In this document: positions 13,801 to 25,644 of the stretch, in pieces
Layout: each line of letters begins with the position of its first letter
How positions within the stretch are numbered: the first letter of the stretch is position 1
NCBI GenBank assembly: GCA_030167865.1
Contig: JALAGF010005397.1
Coordinates: 1-64,000 of the forward strand
Length of the DNA stretch: 64,000 nucleotides
Direction of reading: 5' to 3'
From: Craspedostauros australis
Lineage: Eukaryota
The notes under the pieces: model-generated
Database searches by the model: none
The model's input: only the letters and a program-made list of their open reading frames with translations
Told to the model about the DNA's origin: nothing
Translations under genes and position numbers: made by a program

Positions 13801-15952
13801 TGAGGAGCTGTCGGACCTGGACCGACATCGGCTGCATGCTGGCAACCGATTCTTGGCGGTGGTGCATCGGCTAGCCGCAAGTCGAAGCACTAGCGCGAGA
13901 ATAACGGCATGCTCTCTTGGACCGGTGTTGTGGAGTCACCTCGACTTTCCCCACCAATTGCAGGTGAGTTCCAGTATATTCACACGTGTGTCTGTATGTA
14001 CGCTTGCGATATGCTGCGTAATGTGTGATGATGTGGGAGTACATCATGCGATTGCATTTGCCATTGCGGTAGCGATTGGATTACCCGTACACTCGTGTAC
14101 GAGTGCACATGAAGGTTTCCATACTCTCTCTCTCTCTCTCGACGGATCGCACCCAGCCACTTGACTTTGGAGAAGCGAGTCCGTTGTGAGGACCGACGTT
14201 GCCTCTCTTCCTTCGCTCGCTTGGTTTCTCACATGTTTCCTTGTTACACCAACTTGTACTTCTCCCAAACATGCTGCCGCGACGCGAATACCAATTCGAA
14301 ACTCGCAGCTGAGAGGCGTAATCACAAGAGCGCTGCATGACGTTGAAGTGATTGTTCGCAAGTCGACGGCGACCGTGCTGCATGAGATCGCTGAATTGGT
14401 CTACGACCCGAGATCCGTCCCGTGGCTTGTGCTGATGTGCGAAAGGGCCATGACGGATCCAGAGCCTCTGCTCAGATCAGCCGCGATGACGCTGACATGG
14501 CATTTGGCAGAGCATTTGCCGAACGCGTTCCTCGGAGACGCCACCAAGGGAAGCCGGTACCTGTGCCGATTGCCCAGTCGTGATGATCCCATCTTTGCGG
14601 ACGTGTACCTGCTCCAGTGCAAGCTGTTGCCCGTGGCCACACGACTTGCCGAGGACAGAGCTCCGCCCGTCCGGTTGGCGGTCGCTGCGCAGTGTGATCG
14701 ATTGTGCGACGCTCTTGGCGATCATTGGTCCAGCGTCATCATCGACGTCCTTGTTGCCATGCTCACGGATTCTGACGAGAGGGTGAGAGGAGAAGCGGTG
14801 ATGTGCGTGCCACGTCTATCCGAGATTGTGCTCCTGTCATCCCCGCCGGGCGTGATCCCCACCGGAGAATCCAGCGTTCTGGAGGCGCTGATCCCGGCAG
14901 CCATAAAATTGCAAAAGGACACGGCGTCGACCGTCCGTGTCGCACTTGCCACCGCCGCCGGAGAACTCCTGACCCTGCTGGTGGCTCTGCAACGGCCCGA
15001 AGGCATGCCTACTGATATTGAAGGCGTGCCGGCTCCAGCCGGAACGCGGCACCAGAAGCGACACGTCGACGAGAAGATGATTCCGCTGGTGCAAAAGCTG
15101 TTGCACGACCAAGACCCTGAGGTTGCGAGTTCGGCGCTCCGTGCGGTGACCAACGCGTCACGAGAGCAAGGTAAGGGTCGCCGGTCCCGATTCAACACCG
15201 AGGATGACGACTCGAAGTCCGTGGCGTCCCTAACATCTCACACGAGCATGGACAAGCCTGTGTTCCTGCCCGTCCTGTCGGAAGATCACGTGCAGAGGCT
15301 GCTCCCCACTCTATCAGAACTCGGCAACAGCAAGCAGTGGCGTGTGCGTCAAACTGCCGTGGAAATCGTGCCTGCCTTGCTCGGCTGCACGACAGAGTTC
15401 GAAACGAGGACGGAGATTGCGAATCTGTGCTTCCGCCTGATGAAGGACAGAGTCGACGCGGTGCGTCGCACAGCAGCCGAATGCCTCTGTCTGGGTGGCA
15501 GCAGCATGGGCAGCCATGGCGAGAATGCCAGCTCAGAATGGATGATCGACCTTGTCATCCCACAGGTGCAGAACTGCGCCAAGCAAGATGACTTCCGACA
15601 GCGCTTGCTCAGCCTCAAGATGATCGAGGTCATCTTCCAGAACGGGGTCTGCCCTGCCAAGTGGAAGTCCAAGCCCGATGGTGACGACGTGACTATGACA
15701 CCGGCGAGGGAGCTCGTGAAGCTGACCATGTCGCTTGCGAACGATCCGATCGCGAATGTTCGATTGAATGTTGGCAAGATTTTGCTCGGCGTCCTCCACG
15801 TGTTCGACGATGAGGAGTGCGGGGTGATTAAGTTCGCTCTGTTGCAGCAGCTGAAGAACGAGAAGGCGAAGGAGGAACGCCAGGACCGCGATGTGATCTA
15901 CTTTGCCAACAAATGTTTGGACAAGCTCCGACAGAGACTTAATCCAACATAA
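10814..15952 (+). CDS. Large PDZ-domain protein with C-terminal HEAT repeats resembling the PP2A scaffold A subunit / PP4R1, 2 exons
   Basis: Exons 10814-13963 and 14309-15952 (CAG|GTGAGT ... CGCAG|CTG; 1597 aa). PDZ: EYTVTIEREMLGLTV...GPAKKAGARVGSLIVKVG...RPLQLVLR. HEAT signatures: WRVRQTAV, DRVDAVRRTAA, DPIANVRLNVGK, DRDVIYFA. Confidence 0.85.
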
Positions 15953-16419
15953 ATGGCATGAGAGGAAATCCCTCTTGCCTTCTGCGGCAAGAGACACCTT
16001 GAGACAACTGTCGGGCTGTGGTCCGAGGTGAAATCAGCACAAATCAGCGGACGAGCATGAGTACAATAGTGTTGCTCTGTCGCCATCAACATACACCAGG
16101 GTCCGATTCGGTTCGATTTAGGTTCTCGGCTAACGTTATTTCAACTCGACCTGAATGCGACATCTGCAGAGGCGTGTGTATGCTCGTCTCAGTGGCTTTC
16201 AAGCAGACTTGTTTGCGTCCGTGCCTTGCCTGGTTATTCGGTTGAGGGAGCATCGAGCATCATAATTACGAGTGGACCCAATGTTTGTGGGCACTTCTGC
16301 GAGTATGCAAGCGGTACTCTCGAACACAAGGGCCTGTTGAAGACGTGGTGCCCACAGCCTTGCGCACACTTCATGGCCACACACATTTTCATTGTCAGTA
16401 GTCGTAGAATACTGGTAGC

Positions 16420-17040
16420 TCACAGGATGGTGGTCTTTCCGTTGGCAAGCTGGTAGACCACGCGCAAGAGCAGCGCGGTGACGGTTGTTCCCCACACCGA
16501 TCCAAGGATGACGCGTTCCAACGGAAGAGGCTTGCCGTAGTCGTAGATCTCCCTGACGCCCTGCTCCTCCTTGAGCTTCTGATCCGCCCAGTCATCGGCG
16601 GAGGCCAGGTAGGCATCCACGTTGCCCTGGGCAGTCATGACAGAATCCTCGTTGAAGTCCTTCATGTACTTGTAGACGCGCTGCTCGTAGCTGCCTCCAT
16701 CCAGCAGGCGTCGGGTGAAGGAGACAGGTCCGGATCTCAGGACCGTGTAGGTCGGGAGGTAGAAGTCCGTCTTGGAAATGCCGGTGGGGGCGACGATCTT
16801 GCCGTTCTTGCCGAGGTCCAGAGTTGGCAGTTCATCGCGCGTGATGACCTTCGCGATGCGTCTGCCCTTGTTGCTGTTGTTCTTGCCGGCTGCCTTGCCG
16901 GTGATTCTGTTGATGCCGAATGCGTGAGATTCGTGTGAGGATCCGATCAGCAGAATCAAGGTCATCACGAGGGCTGACCGGATGCTGCCGATGCTGGTTC
17001 TGGCGGAGGCAGAGCCCGCAAGCACGTGTGATGCCTTCAT
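16420..17040 (-). CDS. Plastid-targeted protein of unknown function with one C-terminal TM helix
   Basis: ATG at 17040; 206 aa. Signal peptide ends SHA-FGIN, followed by a basic transit peptide. Core YEQRVYKYM...AQGNVDAYL...DW; hydrophobic C-terminus VILGSVWGTTVTALLLRVVY. Strong coding-like codon bias. Confidence 0.8.
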   Translation of the reverse strand: MKASHVLAGSASARTSIGSIRSALVMTLILLIGSSHESHAFGINRITGKAAGKNNSNKGRRIAKVITRDELPTLDLGKNGKIVAPTGISKTDFYLPTYTVLRSGPVSFTRRLLDGGSYEQRVYKYMKDFNEDSVMTAQGNVDAYLASADDWADQKLKEEQGVREIYDYGKPLPLERVILGSVWGTTVTALLLRVVYQLANGKTTIL

Positions 17041-17245
17041 TGTTCCTACTAGTTGATGTTCTATGCTAACCAAGAGAGTTGGTGCGAGGGTCGCGTGCGT
17101 AAAAGTACGTATGTACGGTACGAGCGGTTGGGACTATGATGCCTTGGTGTCGTTGCTGTTGGTGTCGAAGGTATTGTTGTTGCGGAACGGATTTGTGGAG
17201 AGCTCGTTTGTCTGTGCGAGAATGTGATCTTCGTTTGTTGCATTC

Positions 17246-17253
17246 TGACGTCA
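17246..17253. promoter_or_regulatory. Perfect CRE palindrome TGACGTCA (candidate bZIP/aureochrome site)
   Basis: About 200 bp upstream of the ATG at 17040. The motif is seen directly; function is inferred. Confidence 0.35.
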
Positions 17254-18035
17254 GTCGTTGCGGAGTTCGATGGGGCGTTGCCACAGAGGAACATCCCGAT
17301 TCTATGACCTCTGCCCACAACAAGGCAATGTCAGGCTGGAGCTCACTGCGAGAAGAGTAGTAGCTTGGAGAGTATTATACAATGGTACTCAGCACATCAT
17401 CAGACAGTCAGGTAGTGGCGGTGGCCGCACTTCGGCAATGCCAAAGCATCGAAACAGTATCACGAAAAAACACGGTATCACGTCATTTCTTTTCGCATGG
17501 GCTTCCTTGTATCTCTATTGTACGCAGTGGTATTATGGTGTATGGAAAGTAAAATACACAAGTCCACAATAGTCATCAAGTCAGCATCGGCGCATCGTCA
17601 TCTTTTTCTGTGCGCCGCATTGTCCATCAATCCATGCAAGCCTTCAAATGGGACGTTCCAACGGGTATGGGTATCGCTCGATGATCCCAGATGAAGAAAC
17701 GGTTTTAGCCCCACTTCACTTCTCTTCATGCTTCAGATTGCGTTCGATTGATTTGGTCATCGAACACACCTTCTTCGTCATCAGAATCATTTGTATTGTG
17801 TATCATTCCGAATGCTTCAGTGAGGGAATATGTCGGTGAAACCATGACCTCGCTTTCGATCGACAAACGTAACAGTCCCAGTCGGATTATGTCCAGTCCA
17901 GTCCAGCTAGTTGCCGATCGATCGGTTGGTCGTGGTGGGTGGCACTCTCCAGAAGAGTATCTGTGATGTGCTACCTGCTCGTACTTCGCATTCCATGGCA
18001 AGACCATACAAGTACTTGTCGTACCTGCACGGAAT

Positions 18036-18998
18036 TTAGAATCCCTCCGAGAGTCCTGGGACGGATCCTGGGATGTAGTAGTTGGCAACGAAGGAAGCGA
18101 TTCCGATCATGGCAAGGCGTCCGTTCTTGAGCTCCTTCATGGCCATATCCTCCTTGGCCTTGTCGTCCATCTTGCCCCAGTTGCTGGTCCAGTCAAGTGC
18201 GGCCTCCTTGTCGATCTCGCCAGTGAAGGACTTTCCGTTCATCTCTCCGCGGAACTTGATGCCCTCGATGACGGCGCAGAAGACGATGAACTGGGCCCAC
18301 CACTGTGGGTCAGCCTTGCCGAACGCCAGGATTGGGTCGGTGGTGTCGACTGGTCCGTCGAAGGTTCCGAACATTCGTGGGAAGACCCAGCCAACGGTGG
18401 CGAGCATGGCGGAACGTCCGTTGGCCAATTCGGCCTTGCGGAGGTGGTCCACTGGTGCCCACTGGGCGAGCTCAAGTGGATCCCACTGTGTATCGTTGCA
18501 TTATGTACATCGCATTGTATCAAGTTGCATCGCGTTCCATCACAATGGATCGGGTTCGTATGGTGTCGGAATGATCGCGCAAGAGGGGCCATCGAGGTGA
18601 AGAATGAGTAAATACGTTGTCGTAGGTGCGCCGGCCAACGTGGACGCTACGTCTGGCATTGGCACTCTTATGAACACGTATGAACACTTCACAAAAGGAC
18701 ATTGAACTATTGCACTCTCCTCGCAAAGATGTATCATTGCAAGTGTAGAAATGGATAATGGCATGCGTTTCGAGATCAGCCTACTCCAACACTATGATCA
18801 GGAGCGCTGTCATGACCGTTCGCTCTGAAAGGCAACGCTACGGATATTCCCACTTACTGGCTTGCCTCCGGTCTCGAGGGTGGCTCCGCGGATCTCGTCG
18901 ATGGAGCTAGCACCGATGGCAGATGTGCGTGGGGCCTGGGCGGTTGGGGCGAAAGCGCTGGCGCCGGTGAGGGCGGTCAAGATGAGAGCGAGCTTCAT
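18036..18998 (-). CDS. Light-harvesting fucoxanthin-chlorophyll a/c binding protein (LHC family; subfamily not assigned), 2 exons
   Basis: Exons 18998-18858 and 18485-18036 (196 aa). MKLALILTALTGASA-FAP presequence; WDPL; chlorophyll-binding helices AELANGRSAMLA and KELKNGRLAMIG. Confidence 0.95.
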
Positions 18999-20492
18999 GG
19001 TTTGTATTGGTGGGGGGCTTGGTATTGGTGTTGTTATGCACGGGGATTGTTGCGAAGCTGTGGCCTTGCTTGTTGCGGATACGTGTTACTGCTGTCGCTG
19101 TTGTCGTTGGTGCCTACGACGGTCACAACAGAACAGGGGGACCATCGTGGCTTCGTTCTTCCTCGCGTTTCCTCGCTCCCTCCCCCACTTCCCTTTTCTG
19201 CGTTGCCGAACAGAGCGAAAACTGATTTTGGTGTCTGATGTCACACCTTGGATCGCGGTTTTTCGACCTCAACGGAATCTGGAATTCAACTTCTGCTTCA
19301 TTCAAGATAGTGACTGGATTGTTGTTGGAACGAATTCATTGGCTGTTTGAATCACGAATAGAGTGTCAAGAAGAGGGTGCTTGGGTGAGGTGGAAGGTGA
19401 CACTTTTTCTTCCACAACGTGCGTGATGCAGGGAGTGTTGTGTGACGACACACACGAAAGAAACGTCGATGTCCTGTCATGTCTTGTCAGACCACTCTTC
19501 GTGAGCGGTTCCCTTTTTGATGTTTTGGCGGCAAAAAACAACAACAACCACAACAACAACCACAGACACGAACGTCGATGCCACGAGGTGCACCCACCAT
19601 CGTCAGAGCAACTCTTCGTTCCATGATCATCAGTTGCATGGATTGTTGCTGGAGGACAATCGTATTAGTGCACGCACGCACACACACAACCACTCTTGCC
19701 ACAACATCACGGTCCCAACATCACAATCCCACACTCAAGGCTGACAGATTCTTCACCGGAAAGAGACAGCTGAATTCGCATTGGAACGCACTCGTACCGT
19801 GCTCGTACTTATCACGCAAGAGGAGCCACACCAAGCCACACACGACCAGGGGGGAAGAACAGCCGACGTTGCAAGGACGCAAACAGTCGATTGCAATCGT
19901 GACATCGCACCACATCACCATCCGAGCGCTCCATCTTGCTTGACATCGCACAAAGGAGCAAGCACACAAGAAAGAGACAACAAGAGAGAGCTCAAGTTGG
20001 AGTGGATCTCCTGCTTCATTCATCATCTCATTCCCCACTCGCCGCCTGGCCAAGATCCTCGCAAGGTTCCTGGGATAGACGCTTAACAAACGCAATAACG
20101 AGTCCAGCATCGTTCAGCTTTGCACAGGACTGTACTCGTATAATACAATATTCTATTATACCATTTACGGTATCACACACCGCCGCAGCATACGAGTATC
20201 ATTGCGTGGCCCGACAACATCCGCACTCGCTTCTTCTGCAAGCGAGGCATTGAACTACCAAGCGAGCACCTTCCAAACGCTGCACGGCGGTTTCTGTCAG
20301 CATCGGCACACGTTCAAGCAGCCATTCGGGGCGACACCATCTCAGTTTTCCTTCACTGCAATTCAATTCAATTGACGATCTGCTTGAGTTATATAATAAG
20401 TGAGAGACCAAAGCGAGCCAATTGAAGGCAAATCAAGCCAAGCCCGGAATTCGATTCATTCGTGCCCGCATTTGTGGAGACAGAAACTCAAC

Positions 20493-23400
20493 ATGGAGAT
20501 CTCCATCGAAATTCCCTCGTGGTTGGTCAGCCGTCTCGAGATAGCGTCGACGCAGTGTCAGGCCACTTACGTCCTGGCCGCTGACATCTACATGAACACC
20601 AGAGACTTCCTCGGCCATCAGAACAACCTCTGGTGGGTCCTCTCCAGCCTCGTCATCTTCTGGCCGCTCTGGGTCTACTTCGCCATTGCCGTCACGGCCG
20701 CATCCACCTGGATATTCTGGTTGCTCGCGTCCGTCATCATGGGCATCCTGCAGGTCATTTACGTCACCTACCAGTTCTTCATGATCGCGGCGGATGTCAG
20801 CGTCCTCACCATGCTCAAGACCTACCAGGTCCTCATGCGCTCACGGCTCATCAACAGCATCTTCTTCTTCAGCAAGCGCCTGAGGAGGTCAAGGCAGCGC
20901 ACATCCAGGAGGCGCAAGTGGAGGAAGCAGTGCGAGATGGCCACAACTTACAACGACTTTCTCAAAATACAAGTGGTCGAGCCACCAGCACCGCAACAAG
21001 ATGGTGCAAACACAGACAATGCCATTGGCGACACTGGTGCCGTCGGTTCACGCGCAGGTGCGGTTTCCGGCATAGCTGCCGCCCGTGGAATCAATGGCAA
21101 GGCCCAGAAGCCCATCTCCATTCTCAGAAGGCCCAACGTGACAAAGATCGCCGACGACAGCGCTTTGCCACCGCTGCAGCTCTCGTCGTCCAAATCATCC
21201 CCGTCGCTTTCCACTTCGTCTTCCTGGGATGACATCGACAACCCAGCAAACGCAAGTAGAAACTCAAGCTCGAGCAAAACCGGAAGTATCAATAGGAGCA
21301 GCAAGGGGATTGATGGTGTCAGCAACGTGGATGTCAAACATGGCAGAGCCCACACAGCAGAGCAGCCCGACACTGCTGCTTCGCCATTCACGCGTCAGCA
21401 TTCATTCGGAACATTGCGCACGCTGTACGAGAATTACGAATCGGATCTCAACGATTCAGGAAGCCCGCACCGACGAACGTCGTCCCCATCGTTGTCTGGT
21501 GCTGCGCACTCCTTAACCTTTGATGCAAAGCGGCTTGGCGCGTTGCGGATGAAGATGGAAAGGAGCTCAGAGGATGAGATCAAGGATCAGATTCGCGAGG
21601 AGCTGGGGAACAAGCCCGCCGACTTGCTTCCATCCACCATGGCCCGCCTCAAGGAAGCACGGCACGCCTACACATTCGACGACGGCGACGACAAAAGCTT
21701 GGAGCATCTGCTGTCCGGCGTCGTCAAGCGCAATCATCTCACGCTGGAGGATCTGCTTGTGGAGAACGGAAGGTCCATCGCGGAATCGGGCCAGTACCGG
21801 TACTCACCGGCATCGAGAAAGCTCATGTCAGCGTATCAGTTCGAGGTGTCCAGAGGCATCGATACGTTGGCAGAAGCGCCCACCAAATCCGCCGATCCGC
21901 TGGTCGAGCTGAGCAACCGGATGACGCTGCTGCGCAAGATGAAGCAGAACATGGGTCGCACAGCGTTGATGCTGTCGGGTGGAGGAGCCCAGGCCATGTA
22001 CCATCTGGGAACGGTGCGGGCGTTGATCGATGCTGGAGTATACGACGAAGTCAAGGTCATATCGGGCACATCCGGTGGCAGCATCACGGCCGCCATGTGC
22101 GCAATCAAATCTTCGCAGGAGCTGTACGAGCACGTGTGCGTCCCCACCGTGTCGACCAATTTCATGAAGACGGGTCGCATGAAGAGGGAGAACATCCGTT
22201 GGTTCCCACCGGTCAAGGACATGATCACGTACTGGTTCAAACACCGCCTCCTGGTGGACAGCTCCGAGTTCCGAAGGACGTGCGAGTTCTACTACTCCGA
22301 CATCACCTTCGAGGAAGCCTTCGAGCGCACGGGTAAACACGTTTGCATCACCGTGTCGGCAAGCCGCGCCAGTGGAAACACCCTGCAGCGGTTGCTGCTC
22401 AACCACATCTCCACGCCCCACGTCACACTCGCCAGTGCTGTGGCGGCGAGCTGCGCGTTGCCCGGTGTGATGGCACCCGCGAAGCTCCAGGCCAAGAGCA
22501 GCAACGGGACGTTGGAGCCCTTCGAGGTCGATGGGGTGGAGTGGATCGACGGATCCGTGCAGGCGGATTTGCCATTCCAACGCATCTCGACCATGTTCAA
22601 CGTGTCGAACTACGTCGTGGCGCAGACCAACTTCCACGTGAGGCCATTCCTGCGCAAGGAGCACCATCCCAGCAGCCGAAGTCTGTACTGGGCGATCTTC
22701 CAGACGCTGGAATGGGACATCCGAAGCCGCGCGCTGAAGCTCAGCAGGTTGGGTCTGTTCCCCCGCGTCTTCGGGCAGGACGTATCCAAGGTATTCAAGC
22801 AAAAGTATCACGGCAACCTGACCCTGGTGCCGCGCTTCACTGCGATGCAAACCTTCGGGATGAAGGCTTTGGTGAACCCCACGGCTCGTGACATGGAGGG
22901 CTACCTGAAGTTCGGGCAGATCGCCGCCTGGCCGTACCTGTCAGTGATGAGGGAGATGATGCGGCTCGAAACGGCACTGGACTTTTCGTTGAATCGGTTG
23001 AAGGAACGTTGCGGGGAGCTGTATCCTGATCTTGGAGATCTGGACAACACTGATTTCAACGATGACTTTGACACCGTCGGGTCCGGAGGCACAGGCTGGC
23101 ATAGCTTCGCGTCTCCCTTGGTCCGCGAAGGCCACAGCAAGCGCATCCACCTGAAGCATTCAACGAATTCGAGCGATGGCAACATGCCCACATCCACATC
23201 GTCATCGTTGACGGGCGGTGCCGTCGGCGGTCATCCACATCCGTCGCATCACCAGCAGCAGCTACCGCGGCTGGTGCGATTCTCATCGAGGAATCGCGAG
23301 GCGGAAATATCTGATCATCAGAAGCAATCGCTGCGTGCCAAGGTGGTGCATTTGGAATGCGAGAATTCCGACCTGAGGCAGGAGCTGGAACGAATGAAGC

Positions 23401-23648
23401 GAATGATGCAGCAGCAGGAGCAGCAACAGATTCAGGGTGGCATGGTGACGGACGCCAAGACAGCCCGTGCCGATGATGGGCCATCCGACGAGGCTGCTGT
23501 GCTGGACGGCAAAGCGAATATTGCCGATGCCATTTCCGAGGGCGAGGTGAAGGTTGAGGACTTCGAGCCGCAAGAAACAGAGCACTCAAGTGAGGAGGAG
23601 CTAGAGGCATTGCAAGTCGTGAAGCGGCTCAGCCTGATGAACGGCTGA
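20493..23648 (+). CDS. Patatin-like triacylglycerol lipase (SDP1/TGL family) with N-terminal TM helices and C-terminal coiled coil
   Basis: First ATG at 20493. Oxyanion motif LSGGGAQAMYHLG, catalytic GTSGG, ITFEEAFERTG, LLNHISTPHV, AVAASCALPG, WIDGSVQADLP, VAQTNFHV. Confidence 0.9.
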   Translation: MEISIEIPSWLVSRLEIASTQCQATYVLAADIYMNTRDFLGHQNNLWWVLSSLVIFWPLWVYFAIAVTAASTWIFWLLASVIMGILQVIYVTYQFFMIAADVSVLTMLKTYQVLMRSRLINSIFFFSKRLRRSRQRTSRRRKWRKQCEMATTYNDFLKIQVVEPPAPQQDGANTDNAIGDTGAVGSRAGAVSGIAAARGINGKAQKPISILRRPNVTKIADDSALPPLQLSSSKSSPSLSTSSSWDDIDNPANASRNSSSSKTGSINRSSKGIDGVSNVDVKHGRAHTAEQPDTAASPFTRQHSFGTLRTLYENYESDLNDSGSPHRRTSSPSLSGAAHSLTFDAKRLGALRMKMERSSEDEIKDQIREELGNKPADLLPSTMARLKEARHAYTFDDGDDKSLEHLLSGVVKRNHLTLEDLLVENGRSIAESGQYRYSPASRKLMSAYQFEVSRGIDTLAEAPTKSADPLVELSNRMTLLRKMKQNMGRTALMLSGGGAQAMYHLGTVRALIDAGVYDEVKVISGTSGGSITAAMCAIKSSQELYEHVCVPTVSTNFMKTGRMKRENIRWFPPVKDMITYWFKHRLLVDSSEFRRTCEFYYSDITFEEAFERTGKHVCITVSASRASGNTLQRLLLNHISTPHVTLASAVAASCALPGVMAPAKLQAKSSNGTLEPFEVDGVEWIDGSVQADLPFQRISTMFNVSNYVVAQTNFHVRPFLRKEHHPSSRSLYWAIFQTLEWDIRSRALKLSRLGLFPRVFGQDVSKVFKQKYHGNLTLVPRFTAMQTFGMKALVNPTARDMEGYLKFGQIAAWPYLSVMREMMRLETALDFSLNRLKERCGELYPDLGDLDNTDFNDDFDTVGSGGTGWHSFASPLVREGHSKRIHLKHSTNSSDGNMPTSTSSSLTGGAVGGHPHPSHHQQQLPRLVRFSSRNREAEISDHQKQSLRAKVVHLECENSDLRQELERMKRMMQQQEQQQIQGGMVTDAKTARADDGPSDEAAVLDGKANIADAISEGEVKVEDFEPQETEHSSEEELEALQVVKRLSLMNG

Positions 23649-24470
23649 GGCCGACGGATGTTGGGCTGAACGATTACACTCTTGGACCGGCAGCAAGTCA
23701 ATCGAAGCCACTATACTACTCTGGCAATATGAAGCGCTGTTTATATTCTATGATAGAATATAATACAATACAATATTGCCTTACACAATAATCGAGAGAT
23801 TAGAGTCCACAATAATCTGAAGTATTGTACTATTATGTTGCAGTTCGATTTGAGCAGAGCCGTTTGTCTTCAGAGAAAGAGAGAGAGGAAGCTGTGGTGA
23901 CACCTTTACTCACACATGTGAGCTGTCATCACATTGGATCGGGCACGAACTGAGCTGTTGCTCCGATCAACCTCTCATCATCGTTCCACGTGGGTGTTGT
24001 AGATCGTATGATAGGATGACGAGGGCAAGATGACTCGGTGTGCGCTCTCAGGTGTCACAGAAGACGATTCGATAGGTGGGAAGAAGAATGACATCGCAGC
24101 TGCCGGGAGGCCATTGGAATACTTCGGAGCACCACCCAACAACCGTGTTTCTGTCCACGCTCTCCCTCTCTCTCTCCCTTGGCGCCGACAGCGTGAAGTG
24201 AAGAGACAATCGCACCAAAAGAACTATTCGTACGTATCGCTCTGATCTGGCTCGACTCCGCTCAATCTACCATCCGTGCGGCTCCTGTACTCGAAAACGC
24301 TGTCTCCGTCCACGCCTCCTTGGTCGAATGATCTCACTCTCCCCTTCCTTGCGTGGACGGTTTGAGCCAAGCACCACTTTGTATGCCACATGGGACCGTC
24401 ATGGCAGAGGAGGCTGCGGAGAGAGGGTTGGCTGGTTCGATTTTGCTGCGTGATGTTGAACTGCCGGATC

Positions 24471-24759
24471 TTGACACGTCAACAGCTGCGTGAAAACCGA
24501 TGGGTTCGGTTGCATGCTGGTGCCTGTTGTATGACCAGCTGCAAGGAACATGTCATCACTTAACGGCCCATCTCCAAGAAGAATGGGCTGCTTGCCTTGG
24601 GGAACAGATGGCCACGTTCTTTCGTTCAATCAAAGCAAGACACGCAGAGGTGCGACACAACAAGGTTCGTGGCGTCAGATGACATCATCCACAGAAACGA
24701 ACCCATTGGCTGGTCACCATCTGTTTTGTGAGGCCAGAAGGAAAATGGATTGACGTGTT
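24471..24759. promoter_or_regulatory. Cluster of TGACG(T/C) bZIP-type elements upstream of the bZIP-PAS gene
   Basis: TTGACACGTCAA at 24471-24482 (reverse complement TTGACGTGT...), GCGTCAGATGACATCA near 24672, TTGACGTGT at 24750-24758. Confidence 0.35.
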
Positions 24760-25240
24760 CCGCCTTCCTACATGTGGTGGAATGTACCATCGTCACGTAC
24801 GCGGAAGATGCATCAAGGCGCATCACCGCGTTGCTGGCAAGCAGTACATAACGCCAGCCTTTTTCGCAGTTGCGCAGTCTGCGCAGTTGACTGCGTATTG
24901 GATTTCGAACATGATCCTTCTCTCTTCGTCACCAACACACGTGGATCACACGCAAGCAACATCGGCGTTGCGCGGCTCCACTACTGCTACCACAGTTACC
25001 CACAACGTGAGAATACAAATACTCGCCTCCAATCGCAAAAGGAAGAACATCACCAACTAACGAGCAGTGTTCGTGTGCGTGTGCGCGTGTTCACCAATCA
25101 CAACAACTCCAGCAACACCAGCAACAACAACAGCAGCAAATCAAAAAAAGCAACAAATGGGGTTTGTATGACAGTACAGTCACATAGCAGCAAAAAGCCA
25201 TCTCGCATGTTCCATCACAGCTGAACCATCAGATCGCAGT

Positions 25241-25276
25241 ACATCCACATCCACGTCCACATCCACGTCCACATCC
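25241..25276. repeat. (ACRTCC)6 hexamer repeat
   Basis: ACATCC/ACGTCC units read directly; upstream of the bZIP-PAS gene. Confidence 0.85.
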
Positions 25277-25644
25277 ACAACACTGAAGCTCCAACCGCTA
25301 CGTCCTCATCTCTATCCGCTGCCGGAGACAGAGAGGCTCAGAGAGACAGACACCGTCAGAGGAGCGCATCACTGCCATCACCGTTGATCCAAAGTAATTG
25401 CAAGTCGATCGAGGTAAAGGAGAGTACAGTACTCTCAGCAACACCAAAGCATACCATCCAATACAAATATCAACACTAACAGTAACACCAGCATTCATTC
25501 CTTGGGGAAGCCAGAGGCCAGATCAGGCATACACAAACACACCGGAGCACTTTGGAGGAGAATAGAGGAGTTGCCATCAATCAATCGATCAACCAGCCAA
25601 CTAACTAACCCACCAAGCAAACCATCAACTCGCAACTCCACACC

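Noticed and set aside
19462..19580. Direct repeat AACGTCGATG upstream of the LHC gene
   Set aside because: Two copies of a 10-mer are too weak to call a regulatory element without comparative data.
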